NCBI GenBank assembly: GCA_965652925.1
Contig: CBFGXL010000002.1
Coordinates: 4,881-68,880 of the forward strand
DNA from: an uncultured bacterium
Lineage (GTDB): Bacteria > Patescibacteriota > Minisyncoccia > Phycocordibacterales > UBA918
DNA: 64,000 bases
Reading direction: 5' to 3'
Positions 1 to 12,400 of this stretch are shown piece by piece. The first letter of the stretch is position 1; each line of letters opens with the position of its first letter. A program made the translations under genes and the position numbers. The notes beneath the pieces were generated by a model. That model was not told where the DNA came from. It did not search any database and was given only the letters and a program-made list of their open reading frames with translations.

Positions 1-776
1 GGGTCCTGAGGATTCTGCCAAGTCAAAACAACGTCGTTCTCTGTCACTGATGCTTGCAGTCCAAAAACATTCGATGGCGGGATTGTGTCTGGAGCAGACA
101 GAGTTTTGAACGTACCGGAAGAAAGCACATGTCGTTTCCCCTGTCTGTCATACCCGAGAAGCTGATACTCATACACTGTTGCTGGCTCAAGATCAGTGAT
201 GACGGTCTTGTGCTCGCGTTTGAATGGTCCATTTGCAACAAAACCAAGTTCGTAGGAAGTGGTCCTCCCCCAGTGGAGTTCAAACTGAGCATACAGACTC
301 GTCTCCCATGAGACCTCTGCGCTGTATATCTCGGGGACAATATTAAAATCAACAAGATACAAATGAGTTCCACCCCCATCTGAAGATGGGGGTGGCGCAG
401 AAACGCCGGGCGTTGTAGTAGCAACAGCGGTTGAAGAAGATGAGTAATTATAAGATGAGTCGAACGCTGCTACAAAATAGGAATACGTGGTGCTTGCAAT
501 AAGCCCTGTGTCAGAATATGAGGTCAGAGAAGTTGTCGCGATCTGAACTGAATCACGGAATACTTGATACCCCCCAAGAGCCACGTCGTCAGTTGATGCA
601 TTCCATGAAAGATCTATCTGTGAAGAAGCCACAGGCGTTGCAGATAATCCTGTTGGCGTACTTGGAGCATTGATGTCCCCAATAACTTGCTGACCAACAC
701 GGAACTCATCGGTCTGCGCCTGTACAGGACCAGCGATGGTGAGAAAAAATGCAGCAGCAAAAACGAGAGCTTTCAT
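1..776 (-). CDS. Secreted fibronectin type III domain protein, truncated by window edge (absent from ORF track)
   Basis: Manual translation from ATG at 776: MKALVFAAAFFLTIAGPVQAQTDEFRVGQQVIGDINAPSTPTGLSATPVASSQIDLSWNASTDDVALGGYQVFRD...YSDTGLIASTTYSYFVAAFD; open to the edge; signal peptide plus FN3 signatures (also ITDLEPATVYEY, PPSNVFGLQAS..VVLTWQNP). Confidence 0.88.
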   Translation of the reverse strand, partial: MKALVFAAAFFLTIAGPVQAQTDEFRVGQQVIGDINAPSTPTGLSATPVASSQIDLSWNASTDDVALGGYQVFRDSVQIATTSLTSYSDTGLIASTTYSYFVAAFDSSYNYSSSSTAVATTTPGVSAPPPSSDGGGTHLYLVDFNIVPEIYSAEVSWETSLYAQFELHWGRTTSYELGFVANGPFKREHKTVITDLEPATVYEYQLLGYDRQGKRHVLSSGTFKTLSAPDTIPPSNVFGLQASVTENDVVLTWQNPQD

Positions 777-778
777 TT

Positions 779-1540
779 TCATAATGAGAGAGCGGTCAGT
801 GTTGTGGTCGCCACATACAGCCCAGGGGCCTGAATGACTGAGCCGCCTACCTCTACGCGGAAGCGAACAGTTGTGGTTGCTCCGGTTGGATGATTGGCAC
901 CAGTATTCGAAGCGATGATCACCGGTGACGTAGAAAGCCCGTCCCAGCATGCAAGTTCTGTGTCTTGCGAACCAGTGTTACACGCTCCTCCGTTATCTCT
1001 AAACCGTGATGTAATATCTATGCCTTCAGGTGTATAACCGAAGTGTGCATCGGCAGACCCAGAGGTGAATGTAAAATCTGGGTCTCCTGCAGGTGTGTAG
1101 TCTGCAATACTATCTGCTCCTTTTTGCATGGCAGGACTGTCTGAAGCAGCTATGGACAAAGAATACCCAGACGGACTGTCCGTTGTTACATTTACCGTAG
1201 CTGAACCATTGGAAGTTCCTCCAGAAATGCCGGGGATAGAGGGTGAAAGGCCTATATCAGATGATGCGCTTATAGCAATATAGACTTCCTGCATCTGCTG
1301 ATAACCGGCTTTGAGACTATAATTTGTGCTCGTGGATACACCGCTTGCTAATTCTCCTGCAGTAGATTCAAGTACATAGTTCGACGATGTTGAGAGACCG
1401 CCTCCGAAGTTGATGCTGTCACTCTGGATCTGATAGTTACTGCTTTGCATCACTTGCGCAATAGAAATGGACAAACTGCTGAATAACAGAACTGTTCCTA
1501 TGCCGGCGTACAGGGCTGATAAAAGAATACCCTTCCCCAT
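779..1540 (-). CDS. Secreted beta-rich pilin/WxL-like subunit with N-terminal S[ST]NY-repeat region
   Basis: Signal peptide; three S[ST]NY repeats; C-terminal domain is a paralogue of 2620..3312 (GGTSNGS, FGYT, C..CW, GATTT.FRV, G.Y.AT.TLTA). Confidence 0.6.
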   Translation of the reverse strand: MGKGILLSALYAGIGTVLLFSSLSISIAQVMQSSNYQIQSDSINFGGGLSTSSNYVLESTAGELASGVSTSTNYSLKAGYQQMQEVYIAISASSDIGLSPSIPGISGGTSNGSATVNVTTDSPSGYSLSIAASDSPAMQKGADSIADYTPAGDPDFTFTSGSADAHFGYTPEGIDITSRFRDNGGACNTGSQDTELACWDGLSTSPVIIASNTGANHPTGATTTVRFRVEVGGSVIQAPGLYVATTTLTALSL

Positions 1541-1545
1541 AGTAC

Positions 1546-2601
1546 TTACTGAGACTTACGTTTAAATTCAAAATTCTTTGCGAAGAAACGGACCAGGAAG
1601 AAGAGGACAAAGAGGACAACAAATACCGGGACAATAACCATCCATGGGAAGACCCAAAATGTTATCGTTTTCGTGTCGATCACATCATCGTACCCTCTAT
1701 TGATATGTGCTGTTGCGGTATATTTGCCGACGAGCAATTCCCTGCTCCATGAGACTTCTCGGGCACGCAGTGACTGAGGCAAAGAAAACCATGGATCAAG
1801 CTCTATAACCCCCACTTCCTCCCCAAGGAGATTGGTGATGCGGATTTCTCCGTATGGGTTAAGGTGTATATCACCCTTATTCTCATAGAGCACCTGGAAG
1901 TTGATTGGCCCTTCTGTAAAAAAAGATCTGTTTGGGATTGTCGCAAAGTCCTGCAGGATTCCTTCTGTTGCGATATCACCCGGCACCGTTACAAAGAAGA
2001 GTGTCCCCACTCTCGAGACAACCGCAGAGGCGGCTGAAGCACCAGACTGGTCCGCCACACCTGCTTCTTTTGAGACCGTAGTCACAAGAAGACTTCCGTA
2101 TCGTCCTCCCGCCTCCGCATCAGCAGGTATCGAGACAGTAACAGGAATACGTGCACGCTCATTATGCTCAAGATCAATGCTTGTATGCGGATATGAGATG
2201 TAGTCTCGGAGTGTATACGGACCACGATCATCCCCAAGAAGTACTACTGGCGTATTGGTGTTATATGAACCTTCAGCATCCTCAACTTCAAAATTGAATT
2301 GGCGCAGCTCACCCGTGCGGTTGGTCACCATGAGCTCTACAGTTTTTGACTGACCAGGTTCGATCACGAGTTCTGCTTTTCCTGGACCGACAACAAAATC
2401 TCCAGGAACAGAATCCGATGGAGAATCGAGAACTTCAGTTGTGTAGCCCAAAGGGGCACTTGAAGTTTGGTTGGCTGTTCCGCTTTCTGCACCTTCTTGA
2501 GAAAAAACGTTTTGGGGCAAAAGCATCACTCCAAGAAAGAGAAAGACTACCGCACAAACACGAGCGGTAGTCCTCTTCAGAAGTGTAGCTGAGTCATTCA
2601 T
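1546..2601 (-). CDS. DUF916-like (WxL-interacting/PapD-like Ig) protein with C-terminal membrane anchor
   Basis: Signal peptide; VGPGKAELVIEPGQSKTVELMVTN; IPVTVSIPADAEAGGRYG; ENKGDIHLNPYGEI; GKYTA; FWVFPW-TM-KRK tail typical of DUF916/DUF3324 architecture. Confidence 0.7.
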   Translation of the reverse strand: MNDSATLLKRTTARVCAVVFLFLGVMLLPQNVFSQEGAESGTANQTSSAPLGYTTEVLDSPSDSVPGDFVVGPGKAELVIEPGQSKTVELMVTNRTGELRQFNFEVEDAEGSYNTNTPVVLLGDDRGPYTLRDYISYPHTSIDLEHNERARIPVTVSIPADAEAGGRYGSLLVTTVSKEAGVADQSGASAASAVVSRVGTLFFVTVPGDIATEGILQDFATIPNRSFFTEGPINFQVLYENKGDIHLNPYGEIRITNLLGEEVGVIELDPWFSLPQSLRAREVSWSRELLVGKYTATAHINRGYDDVIDTKTITFWVFPWMVIVPVFVVLFVLFFLVRFFAKNFEFKRKSQ

Positions 2602-2619
2602 TATTTGAATGATTTTAAG

Positions 2620-3312
2620 CTAGTTGGTGGTAGCGGTCAACGTAGCAGTTGCAGTGTACGTGCCTGTCTGTATAGCTGGGCTTGGATTACTTGGTATGTT
2701 GACGCGGAACTGGATAGTGGTCGTTGCCCCCGATGCGGCGGTCGAAGTTGTCCTGTTTATGATAGTTTCTGCTGCATCATCAGGGTCCATCCAACACGTT
2801 CCAGAACCATCCGTTGCACCTGTCGCACAGGTATTTGACCCGTTATCAAGAAACGACGCATCGAGGTCAGCCGATGAGGAGGCAGTTACGGTGTATCCAA
2901 ACTGTGCGAATGTATCGCTGGTGAAGGTATAGTCTGGCGTACCATCAGCTGCTGGTGCGTAGTTGCTTATATAACCACCACCGCCATCGCGGATCATTGC
3001 AGTTGTGCTTGAGAAGGCAATGGTCATGTTATAGCCCGCCGCATTGTTGGTACGGACCCGTACAGCATACGAACCATTTGAAGTACCTCCTGTGATACCT
3101 GCAAGTGAAGGACTCATCGTCACATCACTTGAAGTTGCCACAAATGAGATCTCCTCAGTGACTGTCTGAGTGACTTCAAACTCATCAGTGTCAACCGCCG
3201 CTCTTCCCACAACCGGTTCGAGCATGAGAAATGATCCTGCTGCAAGCAACAGCATGAGCGTTGTTGCAGTGAGCGAACTCAGCAGCGAAGTCCTAATATT
3301 TGTAATGGTCAT
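2620..3312 (-). CDS. Secreted beta-rich pilin/WxL-like subunit (candidate major fibre subunit)
   Basis: Signal peptide, alternating N-terminal strand TDEFEVTQTV, Cys pair, terminal strand GTYTATATLTATTN. Confidence 0.6.
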   Translation of the reverse strand: MTITNIRTSLLSSLTATTLMLLLAAGSFLMLEPVVGRAAVDTDEFEVTQTVTEEISFVATSSDVTMSPSLAGITGGTSNGSYAVRVRTNNAAGYNMTIAFSSTTAMIRDGGGGYISNYAPAADGTPDYTFTSDTFAQFGYTVTASSSADLDASFLDNGSNTCATGATDGSGTCWMDPDDAAETIINRTTSTAASGATTTIQFRVNIPSNPSPAIQTGTYTATATLTATTN

Positions 3313-3426
3313 ACGTTGTAAATTATGTGTGTTTGTTAATTACTTCTACTATTATCTCTTAATTTTCCTAGACTTTTTGATCGAACGAAGGGCTTCTGTG
3401 GATTACTTTTGCTTTGTCAAATAAGG

Positions 3427-6400
3427 CTAAATCTCTCCTCCTCCACCCCCGCCGCCGCCTCCTGCCTGGGTGTAGGGCCGCACTTGGATGGCATCAACCC
3501 GGACAGTGTTCTGATCGGGTTGTCCGATAACCCGCACTACGAAGTTTGCATCACCCAGTTCAGCAGGCGTCCATCCTCTTCCCCATGTGTCGGACGGTCC
3601 GCCGAGCGTGTAGACCGCGTCAGATCCCGTTAAGACTGAGGTTGCTTTGGTTGCAGTAACAGAACTGTCTCCATTCCATGAAAGCGCAACCTGGATAGTA
3701 CCCGCGCCAGTAGAACCAGATGCCTCGAGTTTTACTTCTATACCCTGTACGGTATTGCCGCCCGGCACATTGAATCCAAAGAGGCTATAGGATTGGCGCA
3801 GGTTTGTAGATGCTGCTGTTGCATAGACTCCGTCGGAAGAAAGAGCATTGCTTCCTCCTGTCCACTCGCTATAGAGCTCTCCAGTTGCGCTTGGAGCCTC
3901 AAAGCCTGGTTCGTTGCCAATCTCTTCCCCATTGTCTTCCTCTCCTACCCCGCCGCCGCCTTGGCTTCCGCCGCCGCCGACGTCTCCATCGCCTTCGGGC
4001 GCCTCACCTCCCACTTCGGCCGCATGCAAAGCTCCGCTTCCATTGTTTCCTCCGCGGATATGCTGCACGCTTGAGACAGACCCGAGTGGAACGATGGCCC
4101 CAGCGGTAGTAGCTCCGGTGCCAGACAAACCGGTAGTTGGCAAACTGATAGTTACATATTCATTAGTGAGTACTCCCGACACGTCGCTTGTAAGGATGTA
4201 GTCTTTGGTTGTGGTTGCACTCCATGATGTTGAGAATGTGACCGTTCCTGATTGTTCTGTAACCGAGATCTCTCCTGCCCCACCAATCTGGTTGTCCCCT
4301 GCATCTACAGACCCGTCGCTGTTGTTGTCGCGATACAGCCTCAAGTCTGAAAGGTTGCTGCTGTCTATGCGGCGGATGCCGGAGAGCGCGAACGCCGCCG
4401 ATGAGATAGTCGCATTCTCTCCTTCAGGTGCAAGCCTGAAAGTATAGAGCGGCACATCGCTCTGGTTCTGATAGCTGAATTCATTTTCCACCTGTCCCGC
4501 TGTATGTTCAGAAAGCGTTGCTGCGCCGTGAATGGCAATTGTTTTATCGTCGGTTGCGGTTATCTGCGCGACAGAACTACCTGGCGCAGTCATGACGCGG
4601 TTGGTGCCGCTATTGGCAACTGCTACGAGTGTTCCTGTTTCATAAAGATCACTTGCGTATGTGATCGAAGACCACTGATTTGCTTCAGCGGCTGTACGCA
4701 CAGTCCAGTTATTACCATCGGGTGAGGTCATAACATAGTCACTACCGCTTCCCACAGCAACAAAGAGATCGGATGCGTATACTACTGAGGCCCATGAGTC
4801 ATTATCACCAGCCGCCGAACGTGCGGTCCAGTTAATACCATCGGGGGAGGTCATGACGCGATCGCTACCGCTTCCCACAGCGACAAAGAGACCGTTGCCG
4901 TAAGTGACGCTCGTCCACCAGTCATTATCACCAGCAGCAGAACGTGGGGTCCACGTTGTACCGTCAGGAGAAGTAATAACACGGGTGTTTCCACTACCGA
5001 CTGCGACAAAGAGACCGTTGCCGTAAGTGACCGACTGCCAGTTACCTGAGACGGCTTGTGCGCTCCAAGTGATGCCATCATCTGAGCTCATGACCGACGC
5101 ATTAGTTCCACAACCATTATCGTATCCGCCGCAGCCAACTGCCACGAATTTGCCTGAACCATAAGTAACCTCTGACCATATTTGATCAGTGGCAACTGAA
5201 CGTGCAGTCCACGTGATGCCATCCGGAGAGGTCATGATCGGATCATCGCTACCTCCTGTACTCACCGCCACAAAGATACCTTCTCCATACGTTATGGAGG
5301 ACCAGGAATCATTATCACCAGCAGCCGAACGTGCGGTCCAGTTAGAACCGTCAGAGCTTGTCATGACGCGGTTGGTTCCGTTTTCGGCAACAGCAACGAG
5401 TAGTTCACTTTCGTAAGCGACTGAACTCCACGAGTTTGCTTGTGCAGCGGAGTGGGCAGTCCAGGCAGAACCTCCATCTTCTCCAGCACTCTCTGTAATT
5501 AGGACAAGTGTACTCGTTGCGGTGTTGACCGTTCCAAACTGCACGAATGAAAGTCCTGAGATAGTGAGAGTATCACTCCCAACGAAATCGTTAGAGACCG
5601 GAACAACAAGCGTCGCCCCACCATTCTCATACGAGACCGGATTTGCAACCTTGCCTGAAGCAGTGCCTCCGAAGGTAGCAGTGGTATCTGTAGTGTCCCA
5701 CAACATATCGGTTGCAGAAGTATCGATCTTAATGCGGAGGTCATTTGCTGCAGTAATTGCTGGGGTCTCCCCGTCCGTGATGGTTATGGTCGCTATTGTT
5801 GTAGTAGCTTGACCGTACCCAAAGACCTGGTTTGAAGCTGAGGAGATGGTTCCCGGCACGGGCTCACCCCCAGTAATATCCCAGCAGGTGTTATTGCCGC
5901 TGTCGGTAGAATCAGTTGCGGTTATGTTCGGGTTCCCTGAGCAGGCGTTTGAATCCTGTACGTCAACATAGGTCACCGAGATCGGGGTGGTGACATCAAG
6001 TCCCCACTGTGTCCCTTCTTTTGATGAGCGGAGTATCGCCTCACCCCCTTCTTCCCCATCAATTCTCAGAGAAGCAAAGGTTGAAGTAGCATATGCTGGA
6101 AACTCAAACGTCACCCCAGGGGTCTGTGAAATAAATTTTGATGCTTCCACGGGAGTTGAGAACCGGATGGTCCCATCCACACGAGATCCGCTGTTCGAAA
6201 TCATGACCCTGTTGCTCCCTGCTTCGATGTCGCCGACCGCCACAAACGTGCCATTGCCATAGGTGACCGAGAACCAATCATTAGCCTCCGCAGCGGCCCG
6301 CGCAGTCCACGTGATGCCGTCAGGCGAGGTCATGACGCGATTGGTGCCTGTGTCCGCAACCGCAACAAACAGACCATCGCCATAAGTAATCGCGAACCAG

Positions 6401-9400
6401 CCGCTTGCCTCCGCAGCTGCGCGGGCGGTCCACGTGATGCCGTCGGGTGAGGTCATGACGCGATTGGTGCCTGTGTGTGCTACCGCCACAAACGTGCTAT
6501 TACCATAGGCGACCGAGAACCAATCATTAGCCTCCGCAGCTGCGCGGGCGGTCCACGTGATGCCGTCGGGTGAGGTCATGACGCGATTGGTGCCGTCAGA
6601 GGCGACCGCTACAAACAGACCTTCACCATACGTGACTGATACCCACGAGTTAGCTTCCGCGGCAGAACGGGCGGTCCACGTGATGCCGTCGGGTGAAGTC
6701 ATGACACGGTTGGTCCCGTCAAAGGCGACCGCTACAAACAGACCTTCACCATACGTGACTGATATCCACGAGTTAGCTTCCGCGGCAGAACGGGCGGTCC
6801 ACGTGATGCCGTCGGGTGAGGTCATGACGCGATTGGTGCCATCTTGAGAAACGGCAACAAAGGTTCCATTGCCATAGGTAACACCGAGCCACGTCTGATT
6901 ATTGCCTGGAGTACTTCGTGCGGTCCACGTGATGCCGTCGGGTGAGGTGATGATTTGGTCATCTCCATCATACGCAACTGCAACAAAGAGACCTTCCCCG
7001 TAGGTGACTGAATACCAGCCTTGTGTTGACACGTTACTGCTTGTCCATGTTGTTCCTCCTTCAGCATTTGATCCGGAGGAAACCTTGACCACAAGATTGT
7101 TAAATGCCGAATCAGAGCTTAAAGCGCCGGTGAGCGTCTGGTCATTACCTGTAAGAGTAGTTGTCCCTGTTCCCCAGTCAATTGTTCCGTCATTGGTGTA
7201 ATCCCCTGCAATCGACATCAGCGCCGGCGCGTCGACCGTGGTCGATGCAGTGATGGTGAGGTCGCTTGTTGAAGCGTTGTTCTCAAAGACAACACCTCCT
7301 GCAAGACTGCCGCTGTTGGAGGTCATGACACGGTTGGTGCCAGTATCGGATACAGCTACAAGCATTCCATTCCCATATACCACCTCCATCCATCGATTTG
7401 CTTCTGTAGCAGGCGTACCTGTCCACGTGATGCCGTCGGGTGAGGTCATGACTCGGTTCCCTCCTGCTGTAGTGTTGCAGCTAGCGTTGCCGATTCCGCA
7501 TGCAACCGCGACAAACGTATGGCCCGTATGAGTGACCGACTCCCAGTTGTCGGCAGGCGCCGTTCGCTCGGTCCAGGTGATGCCATCGGGTGAGGTCATC
7601 GCAAGCGCAGTTCCATTTCCTACTGCAACAAAGAGTCCTTCGGCGTAGACAATACCGTGCCAAGACGACTGCGTCACAAGGGGCGTCCTTGTGGTCCACG
7701 TGATGCCATCGGGTGAGGTCATGATCGTACCATCCCATGATAAAGCCACAAAGAGGCTGTTGCCGTAGGTGACTACACTCCACTGGCTTGCCTGGGCTGC
7801 AGTTCTATTGGTCCACGTGATGCCGTCAGGAGAGGTCATGACGCGGTTGGTGCCGTCAACTGAAACGGCTACGAACATATCATTTCCAAATGCTACGCTA
7901 TACCACGAGTTAGCCTGTGAGGCGGTTCGTGCGGTCCAGGTGATTCCATCAGGCGAGGTCATCACGCGGTTGGTACCGCTTTCTGCTACTGCAACAAAGA
8001 TGCCATTGCCATATGTGACGGAGTTCCACCCAGCGGACTCGTCCGCAGACGTCCGAGCGGTCCATGTGATGCCGTCGGGAGAGGTCATTACATTATTTGT
8101 GCCTCCATTAGATACCGCAACAAAGAGTCCCTCGCCGTAGACAAGACCCTGCCACGAATTATTGGTAGCTGCACTGCGCGCGGTCCACGTGATGCCGTCC
8201 AGAGCAAGAGTCTGCGGACTATCAAGCGTCAGATCGTTGAACGCCGAAGTGCCGGTCATGTTGCCAGAGAGCGTGGTGGTACCTGTGTATACCGTTGATT
8301 CATCGTAATCAAGAGAATACGGAAACACTGTGTCTGCAGCCGCACCATATATGTATACTTTCGAGCCATCCGCATTGAACTCGATGCTGCATACGGAACT
8401 CTCCTGTGCAGATACCGATTCACCTGCTCCGTCGTATGTTGCAGTAGTTATGTCCCATGGCGTTCCGAGCGTGTACGGGAAAATGGTGTTTGAACCTGTT
8501 CCCACAACATACATCTTGGTACCATCGTCCTTAAGATGCACATCCTGCACAGCACTTTCCTGTCCGCTTATCAGGAAGGACTTGCTGTCATAGGTCGCGC
8601 TGCTGATGACCCATGGAGTTCCGAGCGTATATGAGTATATGCGATTGTTGCTGTCCCCGGATATATACATGCGAGTTCCATCCTCTGTAATGTGCATTCC
8701 GAATGGACTGACATCCTGAGCAATAGAGAAGGACGAGCTGTCATAGCTGGCTGTGGTGACATCCCATGGAGTTCCGAGCGTATAGGAGAATACAGCGTCA
8801 TTCTCTGAACCGAGCATGTACATCTTGGTGCCATCGGTCTTGAATGACACCTTCTCAACCCACTGGTCTTGAGCCAGGATACTGAAGGATTTGTTGTCAT
8901 ACACAGCTGTTGTGACGTCCCACGGGGTTGAAAGAGTGTACGAATACACCGTATCCATGTTGTACCCCGCTACGAACATCCGAGTGCCATCGGGACTGAA
9001 AGCAAGGCTTGTGATGTTATTCTCTTCGCTTGCAGTGGACTTCCCTGCGCCATCGTATACAGCAGTGGTGACGTCCCAGCCGCCGGTTACGGTGGTTGAA
9101 GCAGTAGTGGTTCCATTGATATACACAATGCCTGAGCCGCTGTTGAACGTGCCGCTGTTAGTGTAATCCCCCGTTATGGTCAAGGCGCTTGGGGCAGCCA
9201 CTGTAGAGCCCGAAGCGATCGAAAGATCGCTTGTGCTTGCATTGTCGCTGAAGGTCTTGGTGCTGTTGCCGGAGAAATAGACATCATTGAAAGCGCTCGT
9301 GCTTGCCATGTTCCCCTGGAGTGTTTGGGCCGTTGAGCCGGTGAAGTACACCGCTCCGCCGTTGTGTGTGAAGGTACCGTCGTTGGTATAGTCATCGGCA

Positions 9401-12400
9401 ATCGACAGCAGAGCAGGAGCAACAACCGTGGTCGAAGCGCTTCCGATAGTGAGATCGGTTGTTGAAGCATTGTCAGCAAAAGTGACCATGTTCTCGTACG
9501 AACCATCGCTTGAGACCAGAACCTGGTTTGTTCCGTCGGTACTTACGCCTACAAACTTACCTTCTCCATAGGTCAGGGACCTGAAGAAGTTCGTGTTTGG
9601 CGCGGTCTGTTCGGTCCAGGTGATGCCATCTTCTGAGGTCATGATATAGGTGCTTCCGGTTAATATATCGCCCAAAGATGCAAAGATACCTCCTCCATAG
9701 GCAAGTCCGTACCAGTCACTATTGCCAGGTGTAGTCCTTGCAGTCCACGTGATGCCGTCAGGCGAGGTCATCGCAGTATCGGTCTCACTGACCGCGACGA
9801 ATATACCTTCCCCGTAGACCACCCTCTGCCAGCCGGATGCGCTTGATGCACTACGAGAGGTCCAGGTGATGCCGTCTTGTGAGGTCATGACGCGGTTGGT
9901 TCCCGTATCGGAAACTGCAACATAGGTTCCATTACCGTACGTTATACCCATCCAATCATTTGCCTCTGCAGCTGTTCTGCCGGTCCACGTGATGCCGTCA
10001 GGCGAGGTCATAACGCGGCTGGTGCCGCTATACGCCACCGCAACGAATTGACCATTGCCGTAGGTGATTTCTCTCCATGTAGAGCTTTCGTCACCGGAGG
10101 TTCGCGCAGTCCACGTGATGCCGTCGGGCGAGGTCATGACGCGGCTGGTACCGGTGTTCGCAACAGCCACGAAGAGGCCGCCGCCGTACGTAACCGCTTG
10201 CCACGAATTTCCTACAGCTGGGGTGCGGCTGGTCCAGGTGATACCGACGGGTGAAGACATGACGTCTCCATCCCAGGAGACTGCGACGAAGGTCCCATTG
10301 CCATACGCAACGCCGCTCCACTGCGAGGACGCTGACGCACTTTCCTCTTCCCAGACAGCTGCTGTGTTAGCTAATTCTCCCGTTGAAGTGGCAGTAAGGT
10401 TCCCAAGCGCAGAGTTTCCGGTGAGATTACCCGAAAGGCTGCTGTTCCCTTCGATTACCATTGTGCCATCGTTGTGGTCGAACTCGCCGTTGTTCGTATA
10501 GTTGCCTTCAACCGTGATCGTCCCCGAAGGCGCAGTGACCGTCGCTGTTGCACCAATGGTCAAATCCCCCATCGCAACATCATTCGTGAAAGAAACCGTG
10601 CTGTCATCGGCGGTAATAGTGAAGTCGGCAAAAGTTGTCTCTCCGCTTCCGGTAAAATCCTTATCCGTGTCTGGAGTGCCGCCTCCTTCTGTGCCGGTGG
10701 TGAACTGGAAAACGTCCTGCTCATCAAAGCCGTACATGTACATTTTCACTCCATCGTTCCCAAAGGCAACCTGCATCGGGGAGAATTCAGTGAATGATTC
10801 TGCGCCGAAATCGAATGTCTCACCGCTGACAAGGACCGCTGTAGAGATATCCCACGCAGTGCTGAGCGCATATTCATACATGGCGGACGTAGAGTGGCCT
10901 ACCATGTACATATACATTCCGTCACTGGTGAAATGAATGCCTGTGGGGGTAGTATCCTGCGATGCAACAGAGAATGTCTGGGAAAAGACACCAGTAGAGA
11001 CATCCCATGCGACACTGAGGTTATATTGATGGACCGCATCACTGTTGCCTCCCACCACATACATCTTGGTTCCGTCAGAACTGAATTCCACTCCGTATGG
11101 GTTCGTTTCTTTTCCGCTTACGTCCAAGTAGTCAGTATATGAGGCTGAAGAGACATCCCACGGTGTGGACACAGCATATTCACCCACAGCCGCAGCGCCA
11201 TCTGCAGTTATGTAGAACTTCGTACCGGTATCATTGAAATAGAGGTCTCCAGCAAAGTCTTCCTGCGCCGCCACGCTAAAGGTATTGACCTGCGAAGCTG
11301 TTGAGAGGTCCCAGGCGCTACTGAGCGTGAACTCGCGAACGATGTCTGTTGACCAGCCGAAGGTGTACATCTTCAGTCCGTCTGAACGGAAATGGAGTCC
11401 TGCAGGTCCTGTGTCGGCAATACTTTCCAAGACACTGTCATAAGTTGCTCCGGCCACATCATAACCGACGGTATTGTTCTCAAGATCAATGGTCGTTGCT
11501 CCTGAGGCCTGCGTGAAAGTGCCGTTGTTAGTAAAGTCAGAATTGAGTGTAAGCGCGTCTGGAGCAGCCACTGTTGAGCTCGCAGTGATCGTGAATGCTC
11601 CATTCACTACTGCATCAGCAGTGAAGGTCTGTGTGGTATCTGCATAGGACCCGCTCTCTGAGGTCATGACGCGGTTAGTGCCTCCGTACGAAACTGCTAC
11701 AAAAGTATCTTTTCCGAAGGTAACAGAATTCCAGAATGTAGACTCAGCTGCGCTTCGTGCAGTCCAGGTGATGCCGTCGGGCGAGGTCATCACGCGATTG
11801 GTACCGCTCTCCGCAACGGCAACAAAGAGGCCATTGCCGTAGGTAACTGAAGTCCACGCATTTGCTTCAGCTGCTGTGCGCGCGGTCCAGGTGATGCCAT
11901 CAGGGGAGGTCATCACTTGATCCGTACCGCTTGTTGCAACAACCACAAATGTTCCCTCTCCGTGGGTAATTGAATACCACTGATGATCCCCCGCATCTGT
12001 TCGCGCGGTCCAGGTGATGCCGTCAGGACTTGTCATGACACGGTTCGTTCCATTATTTGAAACGGCTACGAAAAGGTCTTCAGCATATATAACTGAAGTC
12101 CAAGCGTTCGCTTCTGCAGCGCTTCGCGCGGTCCAGGTGATGCCGTCAGGACTTGTCATGACACGGTCAGTTCCACTTCCCACAGCAACAAAGAGGCCAT
12201 TGCCGTAAGTGACGCTGTACCACGTATCATCATTGCCTGCAGCCGAACGAGGAGTCCAATTGACCCCGTCAGACGAGGTCATAACACGATTCGTTCCCGT
12301 TTGAGCAACGGCTACGAAAAGACCATTGCCGTAAGTGACGCTGTACCAGTTATTTGCTTCAGCCTCAGCTCGAGCTGTCCACGTGATGCCGTCAGACGAG

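Noticed and set aside
44-424. 126-aa and 85-aa ORFs in the track
   Set aside because: Alternative frames overlapping the FN3 gene that runs off the window edge
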